NCBI GenBank assembly: GCA_051294905.1
Contig: CM119371.1
Location: forward strand, 20,896,001-20,960,000
DNA from: Botryllus schlosseri
Lineage: Eukaryota
Length of the DNA stretch: 64,000 bases
Direction of reading: 5' to 3'
Position numbers and translations under genes: made by a program. Below the pieces are notes generated by a model. It worked only from the letters and a program-made list of their open reading frames with translations, was not told the DNA's origin and made no database searches. This document shows positions 1 through 11,771 of the stretch, in pieces; the first letter of the stretch is position 1, and each line of letters opens with the position of its first letter.

Positions 1-179
1 CTTTTTCATACCTGCTTAAGTTGTTCACTCCCTTAATACAGGACCCTCACCGAAGGGAAATATCTACTTGGGCCCATTTAATAGTTACCTAACCAAGAGA
101 TCTATCGACTGACCTATCATTTTGAATGGATTACCATCTGTGAACTGCTGTATGACAGATTATAAAAAAAAATACCTCA

Positions 180-790
180 TTACCTCTTGTCACCGTAATA
201 ACACTCTTGCCATACCTAATTACCTCTGATAGTCCTATTAACACTCTTGACCTACCTGATTACCTCTAATAGTCGTATTAACACTGTTACCCTACTTTGC
301 CCAGACATTGCTTCATTCATTCATTCATTTGCTATCATTTAATTTTTCTTCATGTTTTCAGCTACAATTCGTTACAGACGGATGATGCAGAGACAATGTA
401 GGCATATACTCGTTTCATGGGGTTTTTATCAGACCACTTGACTTCCAAGGCTGTATCGATCTCTCCTATCCGACACCAAATACTGGTATTTTTCTCCTAT
501 TAACACTGTTGCCCTACTTCGCCCAGACATTGCTTCATTCATTCATTTGCTATCATTTAATTTTTCTTCATCTTTTCAACTACGATTTGTTACAGTCAGA
601 TGATGCAGAGACAATGTGGGCATACTTGTTTCATGCGGGTTTTATCAGACCACTTGACTTCCATGGCTGTATCGATCTCTTCTATCCGACATCAAATACT
701 GTGCATGCACATGTTTTCTGTATGATCATTGCTGCTGTCCATTTGTTCTGTATTTCTGTTGTATGAAAATAAACACGCACAGTCTCTCTC
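180..790 (+). repeat. Tandem duplication (~278-485 / ~498-701) plus short ~40-bp repeats, ending in AATAAA and a (CT)n tail; probable 3' end of a non-LTR retroelement
   Basis: Two ~205-bp near-identical blocks (acactgtt-ccctactt-gcccagacattgcttcattcattcattt...aaatactg). Followed by gaaaataaacacgcacagtctctctc. Confidence 0.55.
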
Positions 791-1619
791 AGTTGGTATT
801 CCAATCATTACTGCGCAGCAACATCAAGTATGAGTACTCGTAGTACAGCAGAGGTGACAATTCCGTCTTAGCTGTGCAAGTTCACGTACAATTGGTTAGG
901 TCAATGGCGCTTGCATGAGTTCAGAAATAGGTGGAGACAGCAAGAATTTCAGCGAATCGTTCGTGTTCTGACTGCATCCGGTTATTTAACGATAGCACTT
1001 TGGAGCTCTTCGTATGGCGCAAACATTCCCTCGGAGCTCCAATTATGAGCTTACAAATCACTATCCTACTTGTTCTTCTTACTACATTAAGCGTAGGTAA
1101 ACATCTCTTGTAAAGGTAAAGGTGGGCGTCAAGTTCTGGTACTTTCACCACAGCTATTTGCAATTATTAGTATGGCGTAAACTTTCCCTCGGAGCTATAA
1201 TTATGAGCATACAAATCAGTAACAGTAACCATTGAAATCAGTAACCAGAAGGGCGAATAAATAATGTACAAAACCGAAGCCTGTCAAAAACGCATGCAGT
1301 CTCCATAGTAACGGGCCTACGTCACACGGTGCCGGACGAATAGCCTGAGGAACTTTATTCGTCCGGATCCGGACGAGTAGCCACTGCCTTGGTCAATACA
1401 TATCACCCCATTCAGTATGGAATTACAAACCCAATACAGGTCAGTTCATAACCGGATCCGGATATTCAATGCAAAGCGATAAAGCAGAACCAATGACCAA
1501 ATGTAATTAAACATGTAGATTCACAACCCTTGATTTTTTTTTCGTGAAAAATGACAATACATATCGAATATAAATTACGATTGTTCAACCCTACCAAGTA
1601 TTCACGTAAGCGTGGTTTA

Positions 1620-2080
1620 TAACATTACATACAATGTGTCGGTGTACAAATGTTGGGTGTTTATGCACACATCGGTATGACCCGTAGACAACATCATCAT
1701 ACCATCCAGGACTTCGTTATTGCATCGCGAGGTCAATAAAATTGATTTTGTGTACTCAATCGGTGGCATAGACGACGGAAGGCTTGGAGATCCAATGTAA
1801 AATACAGACAAACAAACGGGTATATTTGTCCATCTTGGTTATTCACTCAACTACCATTGGTGCTCTCGATACAGCGAACGGTACATTATGCAACGCATAT
1901 CATTAGAGTGATATATCCACAGGTAAATATGGGGCCCGGCCACAATAATTGTACGACGCCGACAAATCGATGCACGCAAGGTGTGGTTGATGATAATTGT
2001 TTCATGTGTCAAAGAGACAGCACTCTCTTGTAAAGGTTAACAGATCCAGCAAAAACACATCATTTCGGATTACATTACCA
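1620..2080 (-). pseudogene. Polinton-type retroviral-like (DDE) integrase remnant, N-terminal half
   Basis: Minus-strand peptides CNPK*CVFAGSVNLYKRV, HTLRASICRRRTIIVAGPHIYLW and NNEVLDGM...QHLYTD. These resemble the Polinton integrase pattern YNPK..SFGG.NKLYK / RRKVIV.G...W / KLQTD. Stops and frameshifts present. Confidence 0.5.
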
Positions 2081-2160
2081 AATCGATTTCAATCTTAAAC
2101 CGAATCACTGGTGTTGAGAGTAGCGATACCCGATTTTTCGAATATTCATATCGACTTAGT

Positions 2161-2870
2161 AACGACGGACCGCCAAGTGAAAATGGTTTGTTGCTCAGTG
2201 AAAATGGTTTGTTGCTCAGGGAAAAAATATATTTTCAAGTGAAAATGGTTTGTTGCTCAGGGAAAAAATATATTTCCAAACGAAAAAGGTTTGTTACCCG
2301 GGAAAAAATATATTTCCAAGTGAAAACGGTATTGGTATTCAGGTAAACGACAGATTTCCAAGTGAAAATGTATTGTTACGATGGGTAAACGCCGGATCTC
2401 CAAAGGAAAATGATATTTTTACTCAGGTAAACGACGGACCGCCAAGTGAAAATGGTTTGTTGCTCAGTGAAAATGGTTTGTTGCTCAGGGAAAAATTATA
2501 TTTCCAAGTGAAAATGGTCTGTTGCTCAGGAAAAAAAATAGATTTCCAAACGAAAAAGGTTTGTTACCCGGGGAAAATGGGGAAAATATATTTCCAAGTG
2601 AAAAAGGTTTGTTGCTCAAGGAAAAAATATATTTCCAAGCGAAAAAGGTTTGTTACCCGGGGAAAAAATATATTTCTAAGTGAAATAGGTTTGTTACCCA
2701 GAGAAAAAATAGATTTCCAAGTGAAAAAGGTTTGTTGCTCAAGGAAAAAATAGATTTCCAAAGGGAAAGGGGTTTGTTACACTGGGTAAACGATAAATCG
2801 CCAAAGGACAACGGTATTTCTACTCGGGTAACGACTGACCTCCAGGTGAAAATGGTAATTTTACTTGGGT
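2161..2870. repeat. 41-42 bp tandem repeat array with a ~269-bp higher-order duplication
   Basis: Unit AAAATGGTTTGTTGCTCAGGGAAAAAATATATTTCCAAGTG recurs (e.g. at 2201 and 2242). Block aacgacggaccgccaagtg occurs at 2161 and 2430. ORFs 2250..2753 and 2564..2761 are by-products of the array. Confidence 0.9.
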
Positions 2871-3331
2871 AGGTAACGTATGTTTAGTGTCGTTGGTATT
2901 GTTAAACGTTGTCGCTTGACGTAGGTATACTATTACGAGTGTGAAAAGGATTTGCACTCGCTGTGCAGAGTATCGCGATAATGAACATATTTTTCGCGTG
3001 ACGAAACAAGATCGCTGTTTAAATGTTAATGCATACATTTCGATTACCGAGTTGTTGTACAATAGAGATGACTCTACATCAGACCGTGCTGTGTACTTCG
3101 ATTAAAACCACAAGACCGCATGTAAATCTATTCGCACAACTCCGTGATGTTGATATAGTGTTACTAAAATTAATCATTATCTATTTACACAACATAAAAA
3201 TAACAATTCATGTCGCAGTAAGTTTCTTGAACTCGTGCTTGATGAAAACGAATGGTGACAAGTATGCTTTTGAGTGAGATATAATTATTTAGAGCAGTGT
3301 TCTTCAACCGGGGTTGTCGTACACCCTAGGG

Positions 3332-4876
3332 CAGTGGTTCCCAACCTGGGAGGAATTCCCCCCTTGGGGGGAATTTTGCAATTTTTAGGGAGGAATTCGA
3401 GTTTAGAATTGTAACGGATTTCCAAAATTGTTCATGTTCGAACTGTTATGTAGTTAACCAGTTATATCCGTACGTATGCTTCTTATGGCTGTTTCATTTG
3501 CTGAAAGTATGTTCAAATGCTATTTGAAATTTCTTTTTCACATACAAATCCCTCCACCCCTTTTTTTAACTAGTTCAGATGTGCTGCAGTTCGCAAGACA
3601 ATTTTGCAAGCCAGCGACGGCCTCTCAATCTCATATATCCCAAGCAAGTAGGCCTAAATGTTGCGCCGAATCATTCACAACAAGCCCTCTAGTGAAAGTA
3701 TTTATCTTATATTTTCAGGTCAACATTTTCAGACAGTGACTAAATATTCCAACGTCATCGATTCAAGTCAAAGAGATCGCAAGCCTTGCTTTATTTTTAG
3801 TGAACTGCTACCCGATCGAAAAAAGACATGGTAAACTTGGTGCAATGTTGCCGAAACGTAACGGGTGTCCTAAATTTCAATGAGCTCCAGCAGGGAATTT
3901 GATCACGCGTATGTTATATATCAGGGCTGTAACCCAGTCACGAGGCTCCGAGTCACTAGTCAATCTCACTTTCATAGTTTTGACTCGAGTCAAGTCGGGT
4001 CATTCTCAATTCACCATTGAGTCAAGTCTTAGTCCAAGTCACCGAGCAGGCGCTCGAGTCTGAGTCATGGTATTATGACTCGAGTACGAGTCCAAGCCAC
4101 ACTCAAGTCAACACTGTTTGGTGATATTGAATGATTTGGATTTATGATATACTAATTTTCCTCATTTTGAGCAGTTTCTTGTCGCATTGTCAAGTACCAG
4201 GATCAATAGACGAAATTCCAATAGGGTGGTCACTTTACTGTTCTTCGAAATTACAATGAAATGTCGGTCTTGGCCGTTTTATAGTCTTGAGTCATATGGC
4301 TTGATTCGAGTCATGCACAATGACTTGAGTCCAAGTCGAGTCAATACACAGATTGTCTCGAGTCGAGTCGTTTCCGTATTTTGAGTAAAATGACTCGAGT
4401 CAAGTTGAGTTGTCAGAAATGGTGACTCGAGTCAACCTGGTCAACCCTGTTATATATGAAAGTCTATTGGCTAAATGCATACTATGCTATTGTTGGCTAA
4501 ATGCATACGCAAACTTGAGAATAAAATCGCGAGACCAGTAAATTCATGGATACTGATTCTTCACAGCAGTTATATTAGCGGTTGGTGCATGGTAAGCCGA
4601 AAACACAAATGAAAGTGTGGGGGTCTGTTGAGTCGAGCGTTCCAGAATTTGTGTGATTGGGGCCAAGACCATTGTTTTTGGAGGTCTACAAAGTGTTATT
4701 ACAGCACTGCTGGAAACAAACACTCGGTACCCGCCCGTCTTATTCTTTTAGTCAACAGGTGGCTGCGTGGTAAAAATAACCATTTTTAATCATCGGGCAG
4801 ATTTATCCTAAGGGGGGAATTTTAGCTAAAATTTCGGCCAAGGGAGGCACGAGATGAAAAAGGTTGGGAACCACTG
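3332..4876. mobile_element. hAT (Buster/Charlie-type) MITE nested in 3295-6101
   Basis: TIR CAGTGGTTCCCAACC / GGTTGGGAACCACTG. TSD CCCTAGGG at 3324-3331 and 4877-4884. Confidence 0.92.
3922..4449. mobile_element. hAT MITE of the GACTCGAGTC-rich family (third nesting level)
   Basis: Ends CAGGGCTGTAA / CAACCCTG. TSD TTATATAT at 3914-3921 and 4450-4457. Many GAGTC/GACTC subterminal motifs. Similar to 48327-48912 and 21621-23686. Confidence 0.9.
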
Positions 4877-6899
4877 CCCTAGGGTGTACCAGAATTTGCA
4901 AAGGGTGTACCACTCGGATGGGTGTACAGGGGTGTACCAGATCCGAATTACAATGAGCCGATGGCTAGCTATCACAAAGGCAGGTTTATGGGTTAGTACA
5001 GGTTGACGCACAGGTTAAGGAGCAATATGGTACGATGTTATCTCAAGTGTAATACTGTACACCGCTTGATTGTGATGTCATAAGCAAATATTTCTCCTAT
5101 TCATTTAGCCGTCGGCAATAGACCAATGGTTCCGTTTGGTGTTGGAAAGTATGCAGTTAACAAGCATGTGTTCGGCCAGTCATTTGTCTTTTAGTGATTT
5201 TTAAGGAAACCACCGCGATAGCTCAAACTCCTTGAATCGGTACTTCCTACCTGACGTTAATAAATACCGCAATGCACATAAATGAAAGGACGTAGCCAGC
5301 CAGGGTCGAAACAGCTTCCATGTTGAAATCGAGACCCTTTTGTTTTAAAATGCCGATTTTATATCCAATATTTTGACATACATTTGCAATTTAGTATTTT
5401 GGTATTAGTGATGCAAATTAGCGACAATAGACTGTGTATAGCGGCATACGATCTGAGGTTACTGACATCTCTTGCAGCCCGTGTGCTACTATCGACTGTG
5501 TAGGTGTGGCGCAGGCCTGATACGCAGTAGCCTGGTGCGCCTGCTATCATCGCTGATCTGAATTACCGCTTCTGCAGCAGTAGCTTTCCTACTCTCTCCC
5601 CAATACTGTTACATTTAGGTTGATTATCGTTCGTAATGCCATGCTGTTTTGGGGCTGACACGAAATAAATTCCAATTTGCGTGGCGGGCGGCCTAACTGG
5701 CTGCGAATAGACTCTGTGACCAAATACTATTTTATTCATATTCAAATTTTTTGACGGCAATAACTCCGCTTCTACTGGTTGGAATTGAACCAAATTTGAA
5801 GAACATCTTTTTTAGACAACCTAATACTTTCATGGGGTGAACAGAAAAATTTCAAATTTTTCGTTATTTATTTTTATATAATAAATAGAAACTTTCTTCT
5901 CCTGTAGCAATGCAGATACTGGTTGGAATTGACCCAAATTTGGTGTGTAGGCTTAAGTTAGGAAACCTAACAATTTTATCAAGTAGCAAGTACGATTTGA
6001 GAAAAAAACTCATTTTGGAAGACCCCTACTGAACAGGGGTGTACGAATTTTGAGCAAACGTTAAAAGGGTGTACCACGTCGAAAAAGGTTGAAGAGCACT
6101 GATTTAGAGTAGTGCCAGTTGGCGACCAACGAATGCAAATCGATCATGATATTACAATACACGCTTTCGTCAACATAACGACTAGGCGTAGAAACACTTT
6201 CACGTTTTTTTGAATAACTGGATTCTCGAGACTTGTTACTTGCACGATGTACCGTTGGTGTGCAGACTATAACGACCATTTTGTATGATAGTATGTTTTA
6301 GTTGTATTGTTGTGAGGACAACCATGTGATGACTCAGCACTTTTCGCTAGCAAAGTATATTGATTTGTGTGTAAGATGTAAGCACCGTAACTAGAAAACA
6401 TATGAACTCTATTGTTGGAGTAGCTGATTTATTGCTATGACATGGACATATCCTGAAGTCTTGGTTGGTTTGTTGTCTTACGAAAGATGAGGCGACCTCG
6501 GTATCGTAAATTGTGTTGACTAAACTCGGATGGATACCCCAATTGTGCTGGACTTACACATGGTATTCGCATACTGTACACTTACAAACTTTTGTGTAAA
6601 CAACTCTGATATTTCTGTTAATACTAGTTCTGTGTTGAACTATTTGATTATTAAGATACATGAACATCCATTCAGACAATAAAGTTCTTGAGGTATCGAA
6701 ACAGTTTGAAAGGGGCGCCAATCGTTGTGCAGGTTCGTAGCATGGGAATATCGAGTATTTTCGTGTACCATGAATATATTTCATATACCTTTGGTAAAAA
6801 ATGAGTTGCGCGGGGTAATCATACACAACCTAAAAAAGTTAAACTTGTAGCGTTTGATTGCCTACTTTTTATCAATGTATTTGTGATGTTAAAAGACGG

Positions 6900-7450
6900 C
6901 TGAGTTTACATTTACATTAAGCGGAGAAACTCAAGTAATAAATTTTACTCGTTTGAAAATATCGATCAATGGAGTAACAGCATCAATATGAGTGGTATAT
7001 TATTTTTCGCGATATGCAACCAATCTTCTAAGCATAACTTGTCAAAAAGTTATCATGTCATAGAAAAGCCGGTTGTTACGAATTCGAAAGAAATGTACTT
7101 CGATTATCACGATGATGGAAATTAAGATCAATGCCGTATTTCGGAGGTGGATATGTATCGTTTGGTATGTTCACCAATCACTAAATGTCGGTTAGTTAAA
7201 CGATACATTTACAAGTTTACCGAAATCTTGATTTACAAATGACAGCTTGATGATGTAAAGCTCAACCACTCAAATGTGTTTATTACAAAGTATTTGACAC
7301 AAACAAAATATCGAATGAAGACTTCGGTTTCATTACCAAGCTAATGAAAATTGTTTTCTATTGGATGGATATGATTTACCTTTAGAAAAACGATATAGAC
7401 CGATTAAGCGACGCTGTTTCATATCCGTCGAGTGAGTAAAATTTCTTTGG
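6900..7450 (+). pseudogene. Polinton-type (A32/FtsK-HerA-like) packaging ATPase remnant
   Basis: EFTFTLSGETQ followed by a frameshift to SNK (degenerate Walker A, cf. PFT..VAGPT.SGKT). Then EWYIIFRDMQP, LDDVKLNHSNVFITKYLTQ...KTSVSL (Walker B and motif C region) and IDRLS...YP, in the expected order. Confidence 0.5.
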
Positions 7451-7499
7451 AGTTCGGTTTCGTGAGATAATTGTTAGGGATTCAATCACATACAAGTAA

Positions 7500-8300
7500 C
7501 GTCTTTTAGTGACAGAGTATTGTGATGACATTTACTCTAGCGAATGACAACGGAAAAATTTTCGATTGCATTGTCGGTGTATGTGTTAGACAAATAATTC
7601 TAGTACACCTAACTATAGGATACATTCGGCAAACATCGTACAAATTGTTTCGTTGTGATGGTAACGACTTTCAGCGGTTTGGTTTCATGTCGGGAATTAT
7701 TATTTGGGGGTTCAAAAACAATCAATACTACAAATGAACAACAATGCAAAACACGTTAAGTGAATTACAGTGTAGCAAGTACTTCATTGATATTACGATT
7801 GTTGTGTACCAGACATTTCCAACTGAATTGAATGCATCTAGCAAACATATTCCAATTTACTTTTGTAATGATCAAAGTGTGTGAAATGATGCGAACAGAT
7901 TAAGCATTAATCAAGCGGCGGTATGTCAATTCGCCTAGTGTGATATCTTGACACCGGGAAATGTGCGAAAGTGTTTCAATTCCCACCGCAGATTACGACG
8001 ATAAAGTATTGTACCGGTTATTGTTCAACAAAGAAAACTGTTGTTTCATCGTTAGTCTTGGTTACTGGAGACAATTACATTTGTAAATTATTTCCTGATT
8101 TCCACAATACGCTGCGTGGTTTTTACGAACACGGCTTAATCTTCCCAATCAAAACATTTCAGATATGTTAATCTAGTTTTACAAATCGATATGTTAATAA
8201 CAATGTTTCTGAAAAGTTTGTTGGTATCGTAATAACCTTCAACACAACCCTGGTCTAATAATGTCATAATTTAATAATCAAGTCATGATCGACTATTACA
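7500..8300 (-). pseudogene. Possible Polinton minor capsid (penton) remnant
   Basis: Weak motifs: VEGYYDTNKLF (cf. PGYY), FEPPNN, and C-terminal KIFPLSFARVNVITILCH. Supported mainly by context. Confidence 0.3.
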
Positions 8301-9949
8301 AAATCTCATATGTCAAAATCAATGCGTCAATTCGTGAAAATTTTCAATATAACACCTTCGTTCGATTGTAAGAATTCTCAATTACGTTGGTCAGACATTC
8401 AAATCTCGTATACTCAAATGTAATGTGTTAATCTCAAACCGCGCGCCAAGTAGTAATTACTTCATCTTACAGTTGAATAAAAAATATGGGATATGGATAC
8501 AACTGAGTTGGTATGTTTGTGGGTTGTAGTGATTACTCGCGTAGTCTTGTCTACTTTTCATACGGATACTTTTTGTTTTGGTTTGGTGAGTTACTACAAA
8601 CGGATTGACTTACCAAGGTTTTTGTATTTTACTCCTTTGTGCATGGCGAGATGTTAAAATGTTGAGTTGTCATAGTGATAGTATTTCTGAAACTCTATTT
8701 TACAAACGGAAACGGAGTCGTGAATAGAGTTGTCAGTTTCAAGGATTGTTTCAAAGTATAATCTTGAAATGTGACTGGGTGAAAGTTGGTAGTCATGTTT
8801 GTCAAACCTATTTCAATTCACGCAATGTCAAAGTCCAAATATTTCATTCTGGATTATTTGGATTTACCTTTAGTACATCCGCGAATGGATTTGAAGTTGA
8901 CAAATTACCAAAATGATTGAATATTATCGGGTTAGAGATAGTTGGTATTGATTCTATAAGTGTTAAAACAGTGGCGTGGAATGTGTGAATGATCCGATGC
9001 GGGTGAATGTTGGCGTCAGTAATATTCAGGTTACGTTCGATTCAACAGATCGCGTTAATAGGATTTGTCAAAGGATTTGAGTTGGGTCGAATCAATACAT
9101 TCAAATACGATTCAACTTGATTTGTGTAGTGAGTTACATTTCAAGTTGACAAACTAACACATTGATTGAATATTTTCATGGATCTTATCACGCAACTAAA
9201 GTCAGCCACTATTCGGGAGGTGTGAAACATATAGCGATCGCGGGCAAGTGACAAATTGTTGGTTTTCGAATCACCGTATGCGACGGTTCTGGGACAAACT
9301 AATTACCGAAATATTACCTTGTGAGCGGGCATGAGGGATTGCTATGTCTGAAGCATTATCCGGTGAGTGGTCGTTGGATTTTAAAATGATATCACACCCT
9401 TTTGAATAAGCGTTCACTTCACAAAGGATTAGGGTTAGAGCGGAAATAAGTGACAATTTGTCGCTATTCAAGTTACCGACACTGGCGGTCTGTTATTCGT
9501 TACTTATTAAATCTTACGAGTGAAATCAAGCTCTGTGCCAAACTGCTTACGAAAATTTCACCGCGTGAGTGATCGATATGCCTGAAACACCAAGTCGCTA
9601 AAGATGGTCATGTCCGAGACATTATCTTGTGGGCGATCGCGGAGTTTTGCAAACTATTTCACAGCTATTTGAAGTGTTAATTTGTGACCGTTGTTATTGT
9701 TGATATTCGAATCGCCGTCTACGCCGGCTCTGTGGTAAACTAATTACTAAAGTAACACCATGCGACTGATTCCTAGATTTAGCAAACTATTTCGCACTGA
9801 ATGGACTAGTGTAATAATCGATACGATAGTAGCACGCGGTTGGCCGGGAAACAATTCAGCGCGCAGGTCATTCGAAATATAGGTCGCACGCACTGCGTAA
9901 TCCTCTTGCACAACAAGCCACGTTTCCGTTTGTGCGGTTATTGTTGGTT

Positions 9950-10436
9950 ACTCGTACATATTCAACACCGCGCGAGATATGCCTATACTCGAAAGTACGA
10001 ATCACCGCCACGCCCATAAGAACGCATGGTGAATCAGTAGAGACCCTGTAAGAATAGACGACAGACGAATCACCGCCACAGCCTATACGCGAAAGTACGA
10101 CGTGCGAGAGATGCCTATATCCGAAAGGGCGATTCACGACCGCACCCATAAGAACACATAGAGAATCACCAGAGACCGCGTAAGAATACATGACAGGTGA
10201 ATCACCGCCGCAGCCTATAGCAAAAAAGGCGAGTCACGACCACGAGTTATCACGGCGAATCACCACCGCAGCCTATACCCGAAAGTACGAATCACGACCG
10301 CACCCATAAGAACACATGGCGCATCACCGCCGAGAGGGGGGTCTAAAGGTACGATATGCCACCACGAGTTTCCAGGCGAATCGCCACCGCGCCCATAAGA
10401 GCCAATAGCCGCTCACGACCGATCTACTATACTACT
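9950..10436. repeat. GC-richer subterminal repeat region ending in a Polinton-like ACTACT terminus
   Basis: Recurrent GAATCACCGCC, GCCTATA..CGAAAGTACGA and CCCATAAGAAC motifs. Ends gatctactatactact at 10421-10436. Confidence 0.65.
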
Positions 10437-11338
10437 TGTACGAGCTGTATATCTAAAGTCTTTGTTTTAAATCAGCCGCAACACAAACATTTAAAAATGA
10501 GAATTCAATCCGTCACAACGAAATGTAGGCTATCGTATAAAGTTTATAACTGTGTCGTTACATTGTGCGTCTTCGCTTAGGCTGCAAGGTGTTTGAAGTC
10601 AGGCTGGCATGAAATCAACGCAGTGCGGAGCAGTTCGTTCAAGTGCTTGTGAGCAACTCAGGGAAGAATTCAGCTACCTAATATTATTACTCTCGAAATC
10701 TGTCTCCGGTTGGTAACTCGTGGCAAAGTTTTAGTGTTACGATTAGTTTTTTTTTTTAATATTGACTAACCTTGACAGATATGGACAGTGGCATGTATCC
10801 ACTATCACTGAATACAAGCACTTCTCATATTCTGCTTTGTAAGTTCTATTTTCCTGTTCATACTATCCTTCCTTGCAATTATCGCTCGACGACATTATTT
10901 TGGCCAAACTCGACAGTCATTGCTAGCCTTTACAGTACAAATGGGAGAGCCATGCTCGCCATTAGCCAGGCGATGATCGTGGCCTGCGGTAGCGTGATTA
11001 TTTAATTATCAGGCACATCATTAAACGCAGTGATTAATCATCGATTGATGACCAATGACCATGTACTATTTATACGGGTGAAACGTTTATGTGCACTCGA
11101 TTCAAGAATTCTCGAACCATGTAGTGTAGCGCCACCATCCAAGAAATTTTGCACTAGTTACGTAAACCATAAGGAAAGAAACAACACAATGCACATGTTG
11201 ATAAGACGGGATGAAACGCGTAAATTTATAATCAGGTTGCATCTCTCTAGCAAAATTGTGAAACGCATGTGCAATCAGCAAAGAGCTGCAATCAAAGACT
11301 CGAAGAGCCGTATTATCACCATATGTCTGAACGTGGAG

Positions 11339-11771
11339 CAGAGATGAGCGGATTTGAAATTTCCATGTCCTAATCCAATCCAAATCCGAACCTTCAAATC
11401 CAAATCCAAATCCTAATCCATAACTTTAACATATTCAAGTCCATGTCCAATCTTAATCCGACTCCAACTCGAAATTCAGAAAAAATACCAATTTATGCAA
11501 TGGAGGGATTCGAAAATTTTCTTTCACAACCAACAATTCACTTGATTCAAGATAACTTAGTGACCTTAAGTACATTAATAACTGATCTGAATAAAGTTTG
11601 TCACCATTCGCCACACGACATTTCAATCTCCCAGAAAATAGGTCAATCCAATCCTAATCCTAATCCTGATCTGTTCTGAAAAAAATGTCTAATCCAAATC
11701 CAATCCAAATCCGACAAAATTTCACAAATCATGTTTTTTCAAAACCTAATCCTAATCCATGCTCATCTCTG
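11339..11771. mobile_element. hAT MITE with AATCCA/AATCCT subterminal repeats
   Basis: TIR CAGAGATGAGC / GCTCATCTCTG. TSD ACGTGGAG at 11331-11338 and 11772-11779. Confidence 0.92.

Larger units (their letters stand above)
3295..6101. mobile_element. hAT (Buster/Charlie-type) non-autonomous element hosting nested insertions
   Basis: TIR CAGTGTTCTTCAACC / GGTTGAAGAGCACTG. Perfect 8-bp TSD ATTTAGAG at 3287-3294 and 6102-6109. Confidence 0.9.
2875..6690 (-). pseudogene. Polinton-type major capsid protein remnant, split by the 3295-6101 MITE stack
   Basis: Minus-strand peptides in the expected order: RTSINRNIRVVY (cf. QTSIE.G.WVEY), YPSEFSQHNLRYRGRL, ISYSNN...YGAYILHTNQYTLLAKS (cf. ISSSNN.YPYRAYIETLLNY...AK.S), and C-terminal EMYALTF...LVIVYL near 2880-3050. 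Confidence 0.5.
1620..10436. mobile_element. Decayed Polinton/Maverick-like element (right portion), interrupted by nested MITEs
   Basis: Co-located degenerate integrase, major capsid, packaging ATPase and penton-like peptides. GC-richer subterminal repeats at ~9950-10420. 3' terminus ...ctactatACTACT at 10436. Left end and DNA polymerase not seen. Confidence 0.6.

Noticed and set aside
2250..2761. 167-aa and 65-aa ORFs as real genes
   Set aside because: They are translations of the 41/42-bp tandem array and drift between repeat frames.
6300..6700. Helitron helicase remnant
   Set aside because: No Pif1 motifs (e.g. FAMTINKSQGQ) were found in any frame. Capsid-like motifs fit better.
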